Below are positions 46,901 to 56,617 of a DNA stretch of 64,000 nucleotides, piece by piece; positions within the stretch are counted from its first letter, which is position 1; each line of letters begins with the position of its first letter. Made by a program: the position numbers and the translations under genes. The notes beneath the pieces are model-generated. The model ran no database searches. It saw nothing but the letters and a program-made list of their open reading frames with translations, and was not told the DNA's origin. The stretch is from positions 186,001-250,000 of the IMG/VR virus record IMGVR_UViG_3300042566_001780; one strand, written 5' to 3'.

Positions 46901-47881
46901 ATGACAGTGAATGCACAAGCTATCAACCCAACCTTCGAGCTCAACGCAGATTACCAAAAAGCCATATCTGATCTCATGAATCATGGCTACGAATCTGCTC
47001 CCCGCGGCCAAAAGACCAAAGAAATCATCAACTATTCATTCTCGCTGGTCAACCCACGCAATCGAATTGTTCATTTTCCAGATCGTAAAACTAGTCTAAA
47101 GTACCTACTTGGTGAGTTTATCTGGTACATTTCCGGCAGTGCAGACCCAAAGGGTATTCTTCCCTATGCAAAATTCTGGGACTCTATTCGCAATCCCGAT
47201 GGTACAGTAAATTCCAACTATGGTACTCGATTGTTTGGTCATCATCAAGACAGTCTGGTGACACGCGATGGACAAAAGATGTCTCAATGGCAAGCTGTCA
47301 TTAATATCCTCACTAAGGATAACGATAGCCGTCAAGCTATCGTGAATATTCATATGCCCAGCGATCGCTGGGATGGGAATAAAGATGTTCCATGCACCAT
47401 CTCGCTGCAATTCCTAATTCGTGATTGGCGTCTGCATATGATCGTCACTATGCGAAGTAATGATGTCATTATGGGTACTTCAAATGACATCTTCCAGTTT
47501 ACTATGCTGCAGGAAGCTTTGGCATTGGAGCTTCGTAAAACTATGCCTGCTTTGGAACTCGGTTATTACTACCATAACGCTGGGTCTCTCCATATCTACG
47601 AGCGTCACTTTGAAATGGCCAAAGGAATCATGGAAGATAATCGAAAGCTTGAGCTTTCAATGCGGCCAATGGATTCATTCTCGGATAATGTGCTGACCGG
47701 ATTGGTTGGTGTTGAAGCAGCTTGGCAACATGCTGGAGCACCCAAAGATTTTGACTTTGCTAAAGTTGGAGCATGGCAATTGCTAACTCCATACTGGCAA
47801 GATCTCGTTTTGATGTGTTTTGCTGATGATCATTCTGCAATGCATCGAGTTTTTGCTATTCCGGAAGACGAGGAACATTGA
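46901..47881 (+). CDS. Thymidylate-synthase-fold enzyme of the dCMP-modifying type (gp42-like)
   Basis: KDVPCT, QFLIRD, MRSNDVIMGTSND (Asp where ThyA has Asn), GSLHIYERH. Confidence 0.75.
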   Translation: MTVNAQAINPTFELNADYQKAISDLMNHGYESAPRGQKTKEIINYSFSLVNPRNRIVHFPDRKTSLKYLLGEFIWYISGSADPKGILPYAKFWDSIRNPDGTVNSNYGTRLFGHHQDSLVTRDGQKMSQWQAVINILTKDNDSRQAIVNIHMPSDRWDGNKDVPCTISLQFLIRDWRLHMIVTMRSNDVIMGTSNDIFQFTMLQEALALELRKTMPALELGYYYHNAGSLHIYERHFEMAKGIMEDNRKLELSMRPMDSFSDNVLTGLVGVEAAWQHAGAPKDFDFAKVGAWQLLTPYWQDLVLMCFADDHSAMHRVFAIPEDEEH

Positions 47882-47882
47882 A

Positions 47883-48149
47883 ATGTCAGGTGGATCCTTT
47901 GACTATGCTTATTACAAAATTTCAGATTTTGGTGATAGTCTTGAAGCTAAACTTCTTGCTTATGATCCAGATGATTGGAACACAGAATTTGTCAAGTCAC
48001 TGGATCCATCTACTGTAGCACTTTTGAAACAGATTGCTAAAGAAGCCCAAACGCTTGGACCAAAGGCAAGAGCAGTCGAATGGCTATTTTCCGGTGACTA
48101 TGGAGAGCAAACTTTTCTTGATGTCATTAGCAAAATTGAACAAAAATGA
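47883..48149 (+). CDS. Conserved phage hypothetical protein (MSGGSFDY)
   Basis: Typical N-terminus and VEWLFSGDYGE. Confidence 0.65.
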   Translation: MSGGSFDYAYYKISDFGDSLEAKLLAYDPDDWNTEFVKSLDPSTVALLKQIAKEAQTLGPKARAVEWLFSGDYGEQTFLDVISKIEQK

Positions 48150-49885
48150 ATTACGAAAAACAAATTCTTGAAGCTTATGATTTTCTAGGCTTCAAACCTC
48201 GGGGAAATCAGGTTGACAACATCAGTGAAATTGTAACAGCATTTCGAGATGATGGGTTTAGCTCTGTTACGTTATCCGCCCCAACTGGTACTGGTAAATC
48301 CATTATTGGTGCAGTAACAGCTGAAGTTTTGCATAAGCTCGAAAGTCCTGACCTCCATGTTGGTGCTAGCTTTCTGTTGTCACCAACCAATATTCTTAGC
48401 GAGCAATATTTCAAGACCTTCCAAGAAGGCCGTGACCCTCTTGATACTCGATTTCGAATGATTAAAGGCGCAGCTAATTTCCCGTGCGCTGCACTTTCTA
48501 CAGATACTGAGCCACAAACTGCAGAGATGTGCGCGCTTCGATTGTTCCAAAAGTCTGGTGAACAATCAATGATTGACACCTTTTGCAATGGATGTGAATA
48601 TGCATTGCAGAAACGACTGCGCGATCGTTCTCGCCACTTGATCACAAATTATGCATACTATTTCATTGATAGAATGTATACACAGATGATGGCTAAAAGA
48701 ACTGTTTGCGTATATGATGAAGCACATTTGATCAATGATCTTTTTACTGAGCACAATGCCATTTATGTCAGTGACTCTCGGTTAAAGAAGATGTCGGAAG
48801 AAATTCTTGCAAATCTTTCTATTAGCGATGTTGGTGTATTCAAAAAGATCAAAGATGTCACTAACCTCGTCAAAGAAGGTAAGGTGGCAAAATCCAATTA
48901 CAAAGATGTGCTGCTAACTCTTGCAGAAGTTTATGGCATCGTAACTGAACTTGCTCAGAATGCTGCAGATGCAGCAGGAAATGATCATAAGCGCTATATT
49001 GCCATGTCAAAGTTGTCCAAGAAATACTTTGGACTCGGTTGTAAAATTGGCGATTTGTTTGAATACAACTACGATCATGCATTTGATTTCAAACCGGCCA
49101 ATCCAAAATATAATCAATCTGAAAATGAGCTGAGTGTAAAGCCTATCTTTGTAGCTGACATGTTTGGGGTGCTGAATAATGCAAAGTACAATTTGTTGAT
49201 GTCTGGCACACTTGGCGAAGTTTATGCTAATCGTACTCTGACTCTAGAAAATAACAAACACATTCGCTTGGCACCAACTTTTCCAACTGAGAATAAGAAG
49301 GTCGTATTCTACAAACCACAGGCATTAAGCAAAGATTCTCTGCAGTTGAATCAGGTAGCAACTAAACTAAAAGCTGCGTGCCAAGAGATTGTCAAATATC
49401 ATACTGACAAAAAAGAGCGAGGTATTATTTTGACTCCGTCATTTGCGTTGTCTGAAATGATTGCCGATATGATTTCAAAAGCAAATCTTCCAGTTAGAAT
49501 TTTTGAACATCATAAAGGCGATAAACTTAGCCTTGCGCTGAACAGATTTAAAGATTATTCTGGTGGTCCAGCTGTTATGATCACTGCTTCTGGCTTTGAA
49601 GGCATGGACCTGCCTGGTGATTTGAGCCGCTATCAGATTTTAGTGAAAGCTCCGTATGCATCATTAGGAGAAGCACGTGTTAAATTGATCTTGGAAAAAT
49701 ACCCAGATCTTTATAAGCTGCTTTGTCTAATGAAGATGGTGCAAGGTGCAGGTCGTAGTGTGCGTTCGCCGACTGACTATGCTACTACGTACATCCTTGA
49801 TTCAAATGCCCAGCGCATTTGGACTGATAAGATCAACGAGTGGCGTGATGAATTCTCTATCAGCTTCACCTCCATCCTAGAATGA
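48146..49885 (+). CDS. DinG/Rad3-like SF2 helicase with probable Fe-S Cys residues
   Basis: APTGTGKS, DEAH, LMSGTL, EGMDLPGD, QGAGRSVRS. Confidence 0.9.
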   Translation: MNYEKQILEAYDFLGFKPRGNQVDNISEIVTAFRDDGFSSVTLSAPTGTGKSIIGAVTAEVLHKLESPDLHVGASFLLSPTNILSEQYFKTFQEGRDPLDTRFRMIKGAANFPCAALSTDTEPQTAEMCALRLFQKSGEQSMIDTFCNGCEYALQKRLRDRSRHLITNYAYYFIDRMYTQMMAKRTVCVYDEAHLINDLFTEHNAIYVSDSRLKKMSEEILANLSISDVGVFKKIKDVTNLVKEGKVAKSNYKDVLLTLAEVYGIVTELAQNAADAAGNDHKRYIAMSKLSKKYFGLGCKIGDLFEYNYDHAFDFKPANPKYNQSENELSVKPIFVADMFGVLNNAKYNLLMSGTLGEVYANRTLTLENNKHIRLAPTFPTENKKVVFYKPQALSKDSLQLNQVATKLKAACQEIVKYHTDKKERGIILTPSFALSEMIADMISKANLPVRIFEHHKGDKLSLALNRFKDYSGGPAVMITASGFEGMDLPGDLSRYQILVKAPYASLGEARVKLILEKYPDLYKLLCLMKMVQGAGRSVRSPTDYATTYILDSNAQRIWTDKINEWRDEFSISFTSILE

Positions 49886-49901
49886 TCTCGGTTCATTCTT
49901 C

Positions 49902-49917
49902 AAAGCAGTGTACAATT
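49902..49917 (+). promoter_or_regulatory. Early-promoter-like motif AAAGCAGTGTACAATT
   Basis: Shared with sites at about 56941 and 60731. Confidence 0.6.
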
Positions 49918-49941
49918 TCATTTTGAAATTAATGGAAACCT

Positions 49942-51117
49942 ATGTCGGAAGATATTGATGATTTTATAAGTGGGCTTTTGTCTTCTTCAAGACCATCAAA
50001 AAGCCAAAGATCTGGCATTCGAGGTATTCGTTCTGCAGATGAGCGAGCAGTTAAAACGCGAAGATATCGAACTGCGGGAATGTCAAAAATTGGTTTACCG
50101 ACTGCGTTAGACGACCCACAATTTTTTAAGGCTGGTATGGAAAACAAAGACTCTGTTATTTTTGGTGCGTATGGTGTAGATGATTGGCTAAGCAGCACAT
50201 TCCTGCAACAAAGCATTCGAGATGGTATTACGACCATCATGAAGTCCGGCACCTGGATTATTCCAGCTAACTGGGATTTTGTTACATGGTGCGCTACTAT
50301 TTCTCCACGGTACAACTTCATTAGCGCCAATCGTGCAATGATCTTTACAAATTGGGGCCAAATTGAAGTTGGTCTCGGCCGCCAAAAGATTGAAGTCGAG
50401 ATCAACGGTAAAATCAAAGAAGTCAATCAGTTTATTGACTTGCTGCATACTCAGTTCAAGCAGGCAGAAAACCTAATTGAATGGGTCTATGGCCAACGCG
50501 GTGAAAGCATCAGCGTGCCACTGAATTACCGTCCTGCTATTAATGAGGCGTACCCTTGGATCAATGGTGGGCTCGACGCCTATATTGATGCCTACATGAA
50601 TTCTGATGCCAGTGTTCTTATTCTTATTGGGGCACCGGGAACTGGTAAGACAACGTTTGTTAAAAACCTTATCCATCGCTCTGGTGCAGATGCAAAGGTT
50701 ACCTATGATGTCAACGTCATGCAGAGTGATGGCATCTTTGCGTCTTTCATTGAAGGTCGTGAAAAATTCATGATCATGGAAGATGCTGATGCCTTCCTCA
50801 AGAGTCGGGCTGATGGCAATACTATGATGCACCGTTTCCTGAACGTGTCAGATGGTCTCATCTCTGCATCAAATAAGAAGCTGGTGTTTAGCACGAATCT
50901 TCCATCGGTGCGTGATATTGATGATGCTCTTATGCGTCCAGGCCGGTGCTTTGATGTGATGGAGTTCCGACCTCTTACTCGAGATGAGGCTATTGCAGTG
51001 TGTGACAAGACTGGCCGTCCCCATCCAGGTGATGGTTCCAGTTTCACTCTTGCATCTCTCTTTGGGGATTCTCCAAATACTTCTAAAGTTAAAACGAAGA
51101 AAGTTGGTTTTGTGTAA
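49942..51117 (+). CDS. AAA+ ATPase (BCS1-like, conserved in large phages)
   Basis: GAPGTGKT, IMEDAD, FLNVSDG, STN, DALMRPGRCF. Confidence 0.9.
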   Translation: MSEDIDDFISGLLSSSRPSKSQRSGIRGIRSADERAVKTRRYRTAGMSKIGLPTALDDPQFFKAGMENKDSVIFGAYGVDDWLSSTFLQQSIRDGITTIMKSGTWIIPANWDFVTWCATISPRYNFISANRAMIFTNWGQIEVGLGRQKIEVEINGKIKEVNQFIDLLHTQFKQAENLIEWVYGQRGESISVPLNYRPAINEAYPWINGGLDAYIDAYMNSDASVLILIGAPGTGKTTFVKNLIHRSGADAKVTYDVNVMQSDGIFASFIEGREKFMIMEDADAFLKSRADGNTMMHRFLNVSDGLISASNKKLVFSTNLPSVRDIDDALMRPGRCFDVMEFRPLTRDEAIAVCDKTGRPHPGDGSSFTLASLFGDSPNTSKVKTKKVGFV

Positions 51118-51674
51118 TGAAGAACTTTATTATTGAAGGTCTCGATAGACTTGGTAAAGATACGCTGATTAAAAATATCCAGCACAAAACTGGATATAAG
51201 ATGGTGTGTCATCGATCTAAGCCTCTTGCCCTTGATTATTATCGCAAAGAAAATAATAGTCTGCTTCGATTCCAACAAGAGTGTTTTGCAAATGATATGC
51301 GTCTTCTTTGGATGTCTGAAGATACATCGGCATTTGACGGTGTTATCTTCAATCGTTCGTGGTTAGGCGAATTTGTATATGCGCCCATGTATCGGGGGTA
51401 TTCTGCGGAATACATTTTCGATTATGAAAATGTATATTCTCTTGAGAAGCTCAAACAAACTACGCTCGTGCTTTTGACTGAAGATTTTTCTAAGTCAAAG
51501 CATTTTATTGATGATGGGTTGAGCTTCGATATTTCAAAGCGCGTAGAAGAACAAAATAGCTTTGAACTTGCATTTGAGCGTTCGCGAATTCCTTGTAAGA
51601 AAAAGATTAGTGTTACTGCAGATAATGGCAGTTTCAAAGATCCACTTTCTATTTTGTCTGAAGTTTTTGTTTGA
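51117..51674 (+). CDS. dNMP/thymidylate-kinase-like P-loop kinase
   Basis: IIEGLDRLGKDT; FNRSWLGEFVYAPMYRG. Confidence 0.75.
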   Translation: MKNFIIEGLDRLGKDTLIKNIQHKTGYKMVCHRSKPLALDYYRKENNSLLRFQQECFANDMRLLWMSEDTSAFDGVIFNRSWLGEFVYAPMYRGYSAEYIFDYENVYSLEKLKQTTLVLLTEDFSKSKHFIDDGLSFDISKRVEEQNSFELAFERSRIPCKKKISVTADNGSFKDPLSILSEVFV

Positions 51675-51685
51675 AGGAAAATGTC

Positions 51686-52129
51686 ATGTTGATTAATCAA
51701 ATCAAAAAAGATCAAGTTGAAGCTCGCAAAAACAAAGATTCTGTGAAAGCCAATCTACTCACTACGCTAATTGGTGAAGCTGAAATGGTTGGCAAAAACA
51801 ATGGCAACCGTGCTCCATCAGATGCTGAAGTACAAGTAGTAGTTAAGAAGTTCATTAAGGGAATTGATGAAATTCTGACTCTGACTTTTGACAAAGACAT
51901 TCAGAATTTCTTGACTGAGCTAGAAATCCTCAAGTCATATTTGCCAGAACAGCTGAGCCAAGAGCAACTTGCATTTGAGATTAGCAAAATCATCGGCTCT
52001 CTTACTGTTGCAAATCCTTCTCAGGCAATTGGTGTTGTGATGAAGGAGCTTAATGCAAAGTTCTCTGGGAAATTTGATTCCAAACAAGCTTCCATTTTGA
52101 TCAAAGAAAATCTGGTACCCCAATCATGA
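51686..52129 (+). CDS. GatB/YqeY-domain protein
   Basis: IKKDQVEARK...LLTTL; ELEILKSYLPEQLSQE; IGVVMKEL. Confidence 0.85.
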   Translation: MLINQIKKDQVEARKNKDSVKANLLTTLIGEAEMVGKNNGNRAPSDAEVQVVVKKFIKGIDEILTLTFDKDIQNFLTELEILKSYLPEQLSQEQLAFEISKIIGSLTVANPSQAIGVVMKELNAKFSGKFDSKQASILIKENLVPQS

Positions 52130-52764
52130 TCGTCTTTGGTCAACCCACGTTGATCACGTTAACCAGCCCATCTTGCGGTGGAAAAAGCTGGTTAATGGAG
52201 CATCTGATTGCTGAATGGAATTTTCAAAGAATCATCAGCACTACTGATAGAGCTCCACGAGTTGGAGAAGTCGACAAGGTGCATTATTTCTTTATGACTA
52301 CTGAAGAATCTAAGGAGCTAGAGAAGCAAAAGAAATTTGCTGAGCTAGTCACTTATAATGGCGTTCGTTATGGTGTTACTCATGACGAAATGGTTCGCAA
52401 AGTAGCAAAGCCAAATAGCGCTCCTCCTATTGTTATTCTTGAACCTTCTGGATTGAAGGAATACGAGAAGTATTGCAAGAAAAACAATTGGAGAATGTTC
52501 AAGATCTTTGTTGACACTCCAGAAGAAATTCGCATTCTTAGACTCGCAGATCGCACAACAAAAGACATCATTGCTAAACCAAATGCTTCTTATGAAGAGG
52601 TCAAGCAATGCATAGTGTCAAACAATAGTCGGTTGCAGGCAATAATTGAAAAAGAGCGTTCTTGGTATAAGAAAAGTAACTGGGATTTGATTGTACCAGG
52701 CACTTCACTAAGCGATGCAAAACATCTTATTCTAGACGCAGCAAAAAGGTTTAACAATGATTGA
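52126..52764 (+). CDS. Guanylate-kinase-like protein
   Basis: SPSCGGKS, STTDRAPRVGEVDKVHYFF, YNGVRYG. Confidence 0.85.
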   Translation: MIVFGQPTLITLTSPSCGGKSWLMEHLIAEWNFQRIISTTDRAPRVGEVDKVHYFFMTTEESKELEKQKKFAELVTYNGVRYGVTHDEMVRKVAKPNSAPPIVILEPSGLKEYEKYCKKNNWRMFKIFVDTPEEIRILRLADRTTKDIIAKPNASYEEVKQCIVSNNSRLQAIIEKERSWYKKSNWDLIVPGTSLSDAKHLILDAAKRFNND

Positions 52765-53269
52765 AGTTCAAGCGCCAAATAAGTTCAAAGTTAAGATGGC
52801 ACACTGGACCGTTTTTCTTGCTGGGTCCATTGAAATGGGTGCTGCTGTTAAATGGCAAAATGAAGCTGTTGAGCAACTTAAACCATACAATGATGAGTTG
52901 GTGTTGTTCAATCCTAGACGAGATGATTGGGATTCTTCTTGGGTTCAATCGATTGATAATCCCCAATTTGCTGAGCAAGTGAATTGGGAAATTGAACACA
53001 TCACTAAATCAGACATTGTGTTCTTCTATTTTGCTGGTGACACAAAATCTCCAATCACTCTAATGGAGCTCGGCATTATTGCGGGAATGCATATGCGATA
53101 TGCGACATCAGATGTCATTGTTGTTTGTGAACCAAATTTTTGGCGAAAAGGAAATGTCGACATTCTCTGTGATACAATCAATGTACCGCTTTATGATAAT
53201 CTAAAAGATGGTCTAAGTCATCTTGAAAATTATCTTGTCACTAATGGTGGGTTCATTCCTGGAGCGTGA
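52757..53269 (+). CDS. Nucleoside 2-deoxyribosyltransferase-like protein
   Basis: VFLAGSIEMG..WQ, FNPRRDDWD, QVNWE, SPITLMELG. Confidence 0.85.
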   Translation: MIEVQAPNKFKVKMAHWTVFLAGSIEMGAAVKWQNEAVEQLKPYNDELVLFNPRRDDWDSSWVQSIDNPQFAEQVNWEIEHITKSDIVFFYFAGDTKSPITLMELGIIAGMHMRYATSDVIVVCEPNFWRKGNVDILCDTINVPLYDNLKDGLSHLENYLVTNGGFIPGA

Positions 53270-53270
53270 A

Positions 53271-53408
53271 ATGGAAAAAGACGTCAATGATAATCAAGGT
53301 AGAAATCCTGATCGACCAGCAAATGTAAAAACAGATTTGATTTCACTTGGTGTAGTTGCAGTGCTGATGGCTCTTTCTTACGGCATTATCAAATTTTTTG
53401 AACTATGA
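53271..53408 (+). CDS. Small membrane protein
   Basis: C-terminal hydrophobic segment. Confidence 0.5.
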   Translation: MEKDVNDNQGRNPDRPANVKTDLISLGVVAVLMALSYGIIKFFEL

Positions 53409-53749
53409 GTGACTGTGACTTTCGAATCAAAGCTGAACATATTTGTGAAGATTGCGGACATGTTCAGATGGTTCATGGACTAGTAACGTCTGACAATGGC
53501 GTCTATTTTGGCAGTGCCCATAATTGGTGTGATGTTTGTGATACGGGATTGCCGAAGTTTAGTTGGAAGATTGTTGTTCCCGCAGGGAACATTGACATCA
53601 CCTTCTTCATGAAAGGTCTTCCGAAAAAGATGGCATTTCAAATCGGCAATCAAATTTTCACCTTGGACTATGAACCTGAAGAACCATCTGAGTTTTTCTT
53701 TATGGCCAAAATGTTGACAAATGCTATGAAAAAGATTGGCGTAAACTAA
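53405..53749 (+). CDS. Hypothetical protein with a CxxC...CxxC Zn site
   Basis: CEDCGH and CDVC. Confidence 0.55.
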   Translation: MSDCDFRIKAEHICEDCGHVQMVHGLVTSDNGVYFGSAHNWCDVCDTGLPKFSWKIVVPAGNIDITFFMKGLPKKMAFQIGNQIFTLDYEPEEPSEFFFMAKMLTNAMKKIGVN

Positions 53750-54582
53750 TGGGACGTCTTACTGATAATGACAAACGGTTTTGGATTTTTACATATGGAA
53801 AATCCAACTACAATCCTTGGAGAATGATTCTTTCAAGTGGCGGGGGCTATGATGAACCAGCAAAAACTAATCTGACTTGCTACGGATTTGGTTATGTTTT
53901 TCGTGTTCATTTTCCAAATTTCATAAAACCTTTCCGTGAATGGCACGAATTTCGATTTGAGAAACTTGCAGATGGTAGAAAAGGTTATTGGGAAGAGCAT
54001 CCTCGAGAATTTGGTTTTTCTCTTGATGAAGGTTTCTTAACTTTCTATCATGGGCCACAAACTCATGACAGTATAACGACAAAATCAACTAGCTTCTTTC
54101 TTCCGTGGACACAGTGGTTCTTCAATCGCTATAGCGTCTATGGTTTGAATGGCGAACATTTGAAAAGCTGGATTTCTGAACGAAGTTTGTTCAAGAAAAA
54201 GAAGCCGTTTAATGAGTATGAAGAACAACGACAGTTCAAAGATCAGCAGGTACCAAAAGCCAAGTTTTTGATTCACGATGCTGATGGTACTGCGGTTATT
54301 GCAACAACTTATATCCAAGAACGTGAATGGACGTTTGGAGAAGGCTGGTTTCAATGGCTTCGATTCTTCAAAAAGAATCTGGTACAACGTACACTTGACA
54401 TTGAATTTTCCCAAGAAGTCGGTCATGACAAAGGTTCATGGAAGGGCGGGTTGATGGGTACCTCGATTGAGATGAATCCAAATGACCTTCATGAATCTGC
54501 ATTTAAGCGATTCTGCGACCAAGAACATCGTTCAAAGAATGGCAAGTTCAAGATAAAATTCATAAAACAAATCGAGGAGTAA
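53749..54582 (+). CDS. Hypothetical aromatic-rich protein
   Basis: 277-aa ORF in the operon. Confidence 0.7.
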   Translation: MGRLTDNDKRFWIFTYGKSNYNPWRMILSSGGGYDEPAKTNLTCYGFGYVFRVHFPNFIKPFREWHEFRFEKLADGRKGYWEEHPREFGFSLDEGFLTFYHGPQTHDSITTKSTSFFLPWTQWFFNRYSVYGLNGEHLKSWISERSLFKKKKPFNEYEEQRQFKDQQVPKAKFLIHDADGTAVIATTYIQEREWTFGEGWFQWLRFFKKNLVQRTLDIEFSQEVGHDKGSWKGGLMGTSIEMNPNDLHESAFKRFCDQEHRSKNGKFKIKFIKQIEE

Positions 54583-54585
54583 GCA

Positions 54586-54810
54586 ATGCTAGTAGAAAAA
54601 TTCAACGAAGTCAATAGTCACATTATCAATCTGCTTCTTCGTCACCGTGAAGAACGCGTCGACATCACCTATCAAGATGTTTTTGACATTCAACAACGGT
54701 TGGACAAATTGATTGTTGATGTTGCTGCGGCAGAAATTGTCATCAATGAGCTGGATGTGGCACCAAAGAAATCTTGTGGTGGCAACTGCTCTGAGTGTGC
54801 ATGTCATTAA
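54586..54810 (+). CDS. Hypothetical protein with a Cys-rich tail (CGGNCSECACH)
   Basis: RBS and operon position. Confidence 0.55.
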   Translation: MLVEKFNEVNSHIINLLLRHREERVDITYQDVFDIQQRLDKLIVDVAAAEIVINELDVAPKKSCGGNCSECACH

Positions 54811-55028
54811 TGAAATTCCCAGGCATTTTCATCAGTCATCATGGTTCAGCCGATATTGACGCGTTAAGCAAAGAAACCCATGAATGGGAAGTTCGAGCTT
54901 CTAAAGGTGAATGTGCCTGGATTTGTTCAGATTGTTGTGTCACTTTCCCAGATGGAATGCCTGCAAAATGCGAACATGGTCATGAAGGCTGTACCAAAAT
55001 CATTGAAAGTTTCCGAAATGAAAAGTGA
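54810..55028 (+). CDS. Small Cys/His-rich hypothetical protein
   Basis: CAWICSDC...CEHGHEGC. Confidence 0.5.
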   Translation: MKFPGIFISHHGSADIDALSKETHEWEVRASKGECAWICSDCCVTFPDGMPAKCEHGHEGCTKIIESFRNEK

Positions 55029-55332
55029 TGCCCAAATTAGCTATGATTTAGCTTTAGCCATCGGTTGGACTAAAGCAGATTTGGTTATTGCAGAAAACAA
55101 AGTTTTTGTTTGGCGCGGAAATAATTGGCGTGAATTCTCTTACACTGATCCCACAGTCATCTGGCCTATTGCTGTTCGCTTTAGAAAAATGCCAAGTGAA
55201 GTTTGGTACAGAGCTGCACCTAAGAAAGAATGGTATGTCGCAATGCCAGATGGTCCAGGTACTTGGTGTATGTATGCCGATTCCCCTGAAAAAGCAGTAG
55301 CTCTTGGGGTTATCTCAGAGGTCGCAGAATGA
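55018..55332 (+). CDS. NinX/DUF2591-like phage protein
   Basis: LALAIGW...FSYTDPTVIWPIA...DSPEKAVAL. Confidence 0.5.
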   Translation: MKSDAQISYDLALAIGWTKADLVIAENKVFVWRGNNWREFSYTDPTVIWPIAVRFRKMPSEVWYRAAPKKEWYVAMPDGPGTWCMYADSPEKAVALGVISEVAE

Positions 55333-55805
55333 ATTTGCCCAAACCAAAAGTCTTTGTGAAAAGTTCCGAGTGGAATGATGCTCTTCTCAAGAGATGTTCA
55401 TTCAATGGATGGCGTCATGATTATGGTGATTGCGACATGCGGCTCTACACTGAAGAGCAATTGCATGAATTTGCAAAATCGCAAATTGAAGAAGTGCTAG
55501 GTTTAGTGTTCACTAATTTGGTCAACATTGCAAAAACCAAAGAATTGGCGAAAGACATAGACCAAACATGGTGCGCTGCAGCACAAGGCATGCATCGTTT
55601 GGCAAATGAAGCTTTGAAAAAAGTTGATCATCTTGAGCCAACTGAAAAAGCTTCTCCTGAAAAATTAGAAGAAGCTCTGGAAGAAGCTTATTGGATCTTC
55701 GATGCCAAACGAAAAGGTTATTCCATGTGGCACGACCCAATGTCTGAGCGTGATGCATTCAAAACCACTATTCGAAAATTGTTGAAAGATTCAAATGGCG
55801 ACTAG
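55329..55805 (+). CDS. Hypothetical protein
   Basis: LYTEEQLHEFA; EEAYWIFDAKRKG...SERDAFK. Confidence 0.6.
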   Translation: MNLPKPKVFVKSSEWNDALLKRCSFNGWRHDYGDCDMRLYTEEQLHEFAKSQIEEVLGLVFTNLVNIAKTKELAKDIDQTWCAAAQGMHRLANEALKKVDHLEPTEKASPEKLEEALEEAYWIFDAKRKGYSMWHDPMSERDAFKTTIRKLLKDSNGD

Positions 55806-56019
55806 AACTCGTGAAGTTGTTGTATCTAACAAAGCACAATGCAAATTGTGCAATGATGTTATTGAATCAAAATCTGGCCATGACTTCAAGTACTGTAGTT
55901 GTGGCGAAATTTTTGTAGATGGCGGAAACGAATATCTTCGTCGCGGTGCAAAGAACTTCGACAATTTCATTGAGCTAAGTGAGATTGAGGAGATTGTTGA
56001 GGATAGCGCGAATGAATAA
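55795..56019 (+). CDS. Small conserved Zn-binding protein
   Basis: CKLCNDVIESKSGHDFKYCSCGEIFVDGG..YLRR. Confidence 0.7.
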   Translation: MATRTREVVVSNKAQCKLCNDVIESKSGHDFKYCSCGEIFVDGGNEYLRRGAKNFDNFIELSEIEEIVEDSANE

Positions 56020-56617
56020 CCTGATGATTCGGTGGCTCACGCTTGTGAATGGGCATATCAATGATGGCTGGAAATTCCTTTGGAGTTGTTATGGCAACAA
56101 TGCCAGGAGCCTCGAGGGTGTCATTTGGGACAATGGAATCCAAGAGATGACTAGCACTATTTGCTATGACACCAAGACTTTTGAGGTTTACAACATCAGC
56201 GTTCACTGCTTTGATTCTAATAGTTTAGACAATAGTCGGAGCAAAGCTGCTATTTTCTTCACAGATGAAAAGCATAAGAAAGTCTACGTCGAAGAATCTA
56301 ATAAGCATGATGCTGCATGGGATCAAGCATGGTCGGGTGTCCTCTATGAAGAGGTGAAGTCATTTGATGATCTGGTGAAATTCATTCATGATTCTCATTA
56401 CCAGAAACTTGATGATCCTGAAGAGTTTGACGTAGTTGTTGACACCCTGAAAAAGCATCATGACAAGCTTTGGCAAATGACTCAACGAAACATGAATTCT
56501 GAATTTGTTGGAATGAACATTATGGATGACATTCGCATTGAACAGATGAGTGAATTGAAGCAAGCTATGCAACTGTGGAAAGATTTCAAAAATGGAAAAG
56601 CTTTTAGGCAAAATTGA
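56012..56617 (+). CDS. Hypothetical protein
   Basis: ORF coupled to its neighbours. Confidence 0.6.
   Translation: MNNLMIRWLTLVNGHINDGWKFLWSCYGNNARSLEGVIWDNGIQEMTSTICYDTKTFEVYNISVHCFDSNSLDNSRSKAAIFFTDEKHKKVYVEESNKHDAAWDQAWSGVLYEEVKSFDDLVKFIHDSHYQKLDDPEEFDVVVDTLKKHHDKLWQMTQRNMNSEFVGMNIMDDIRIEQMSELKQAMQLWKDFKNGKAFRQN

Noticed and set aside
46901-47881. Canonical thyA assignment
   Set aside because: Asp replaces the dUMP-specifying Asn and the motifs resemble gp42, so no gene symbol is given.
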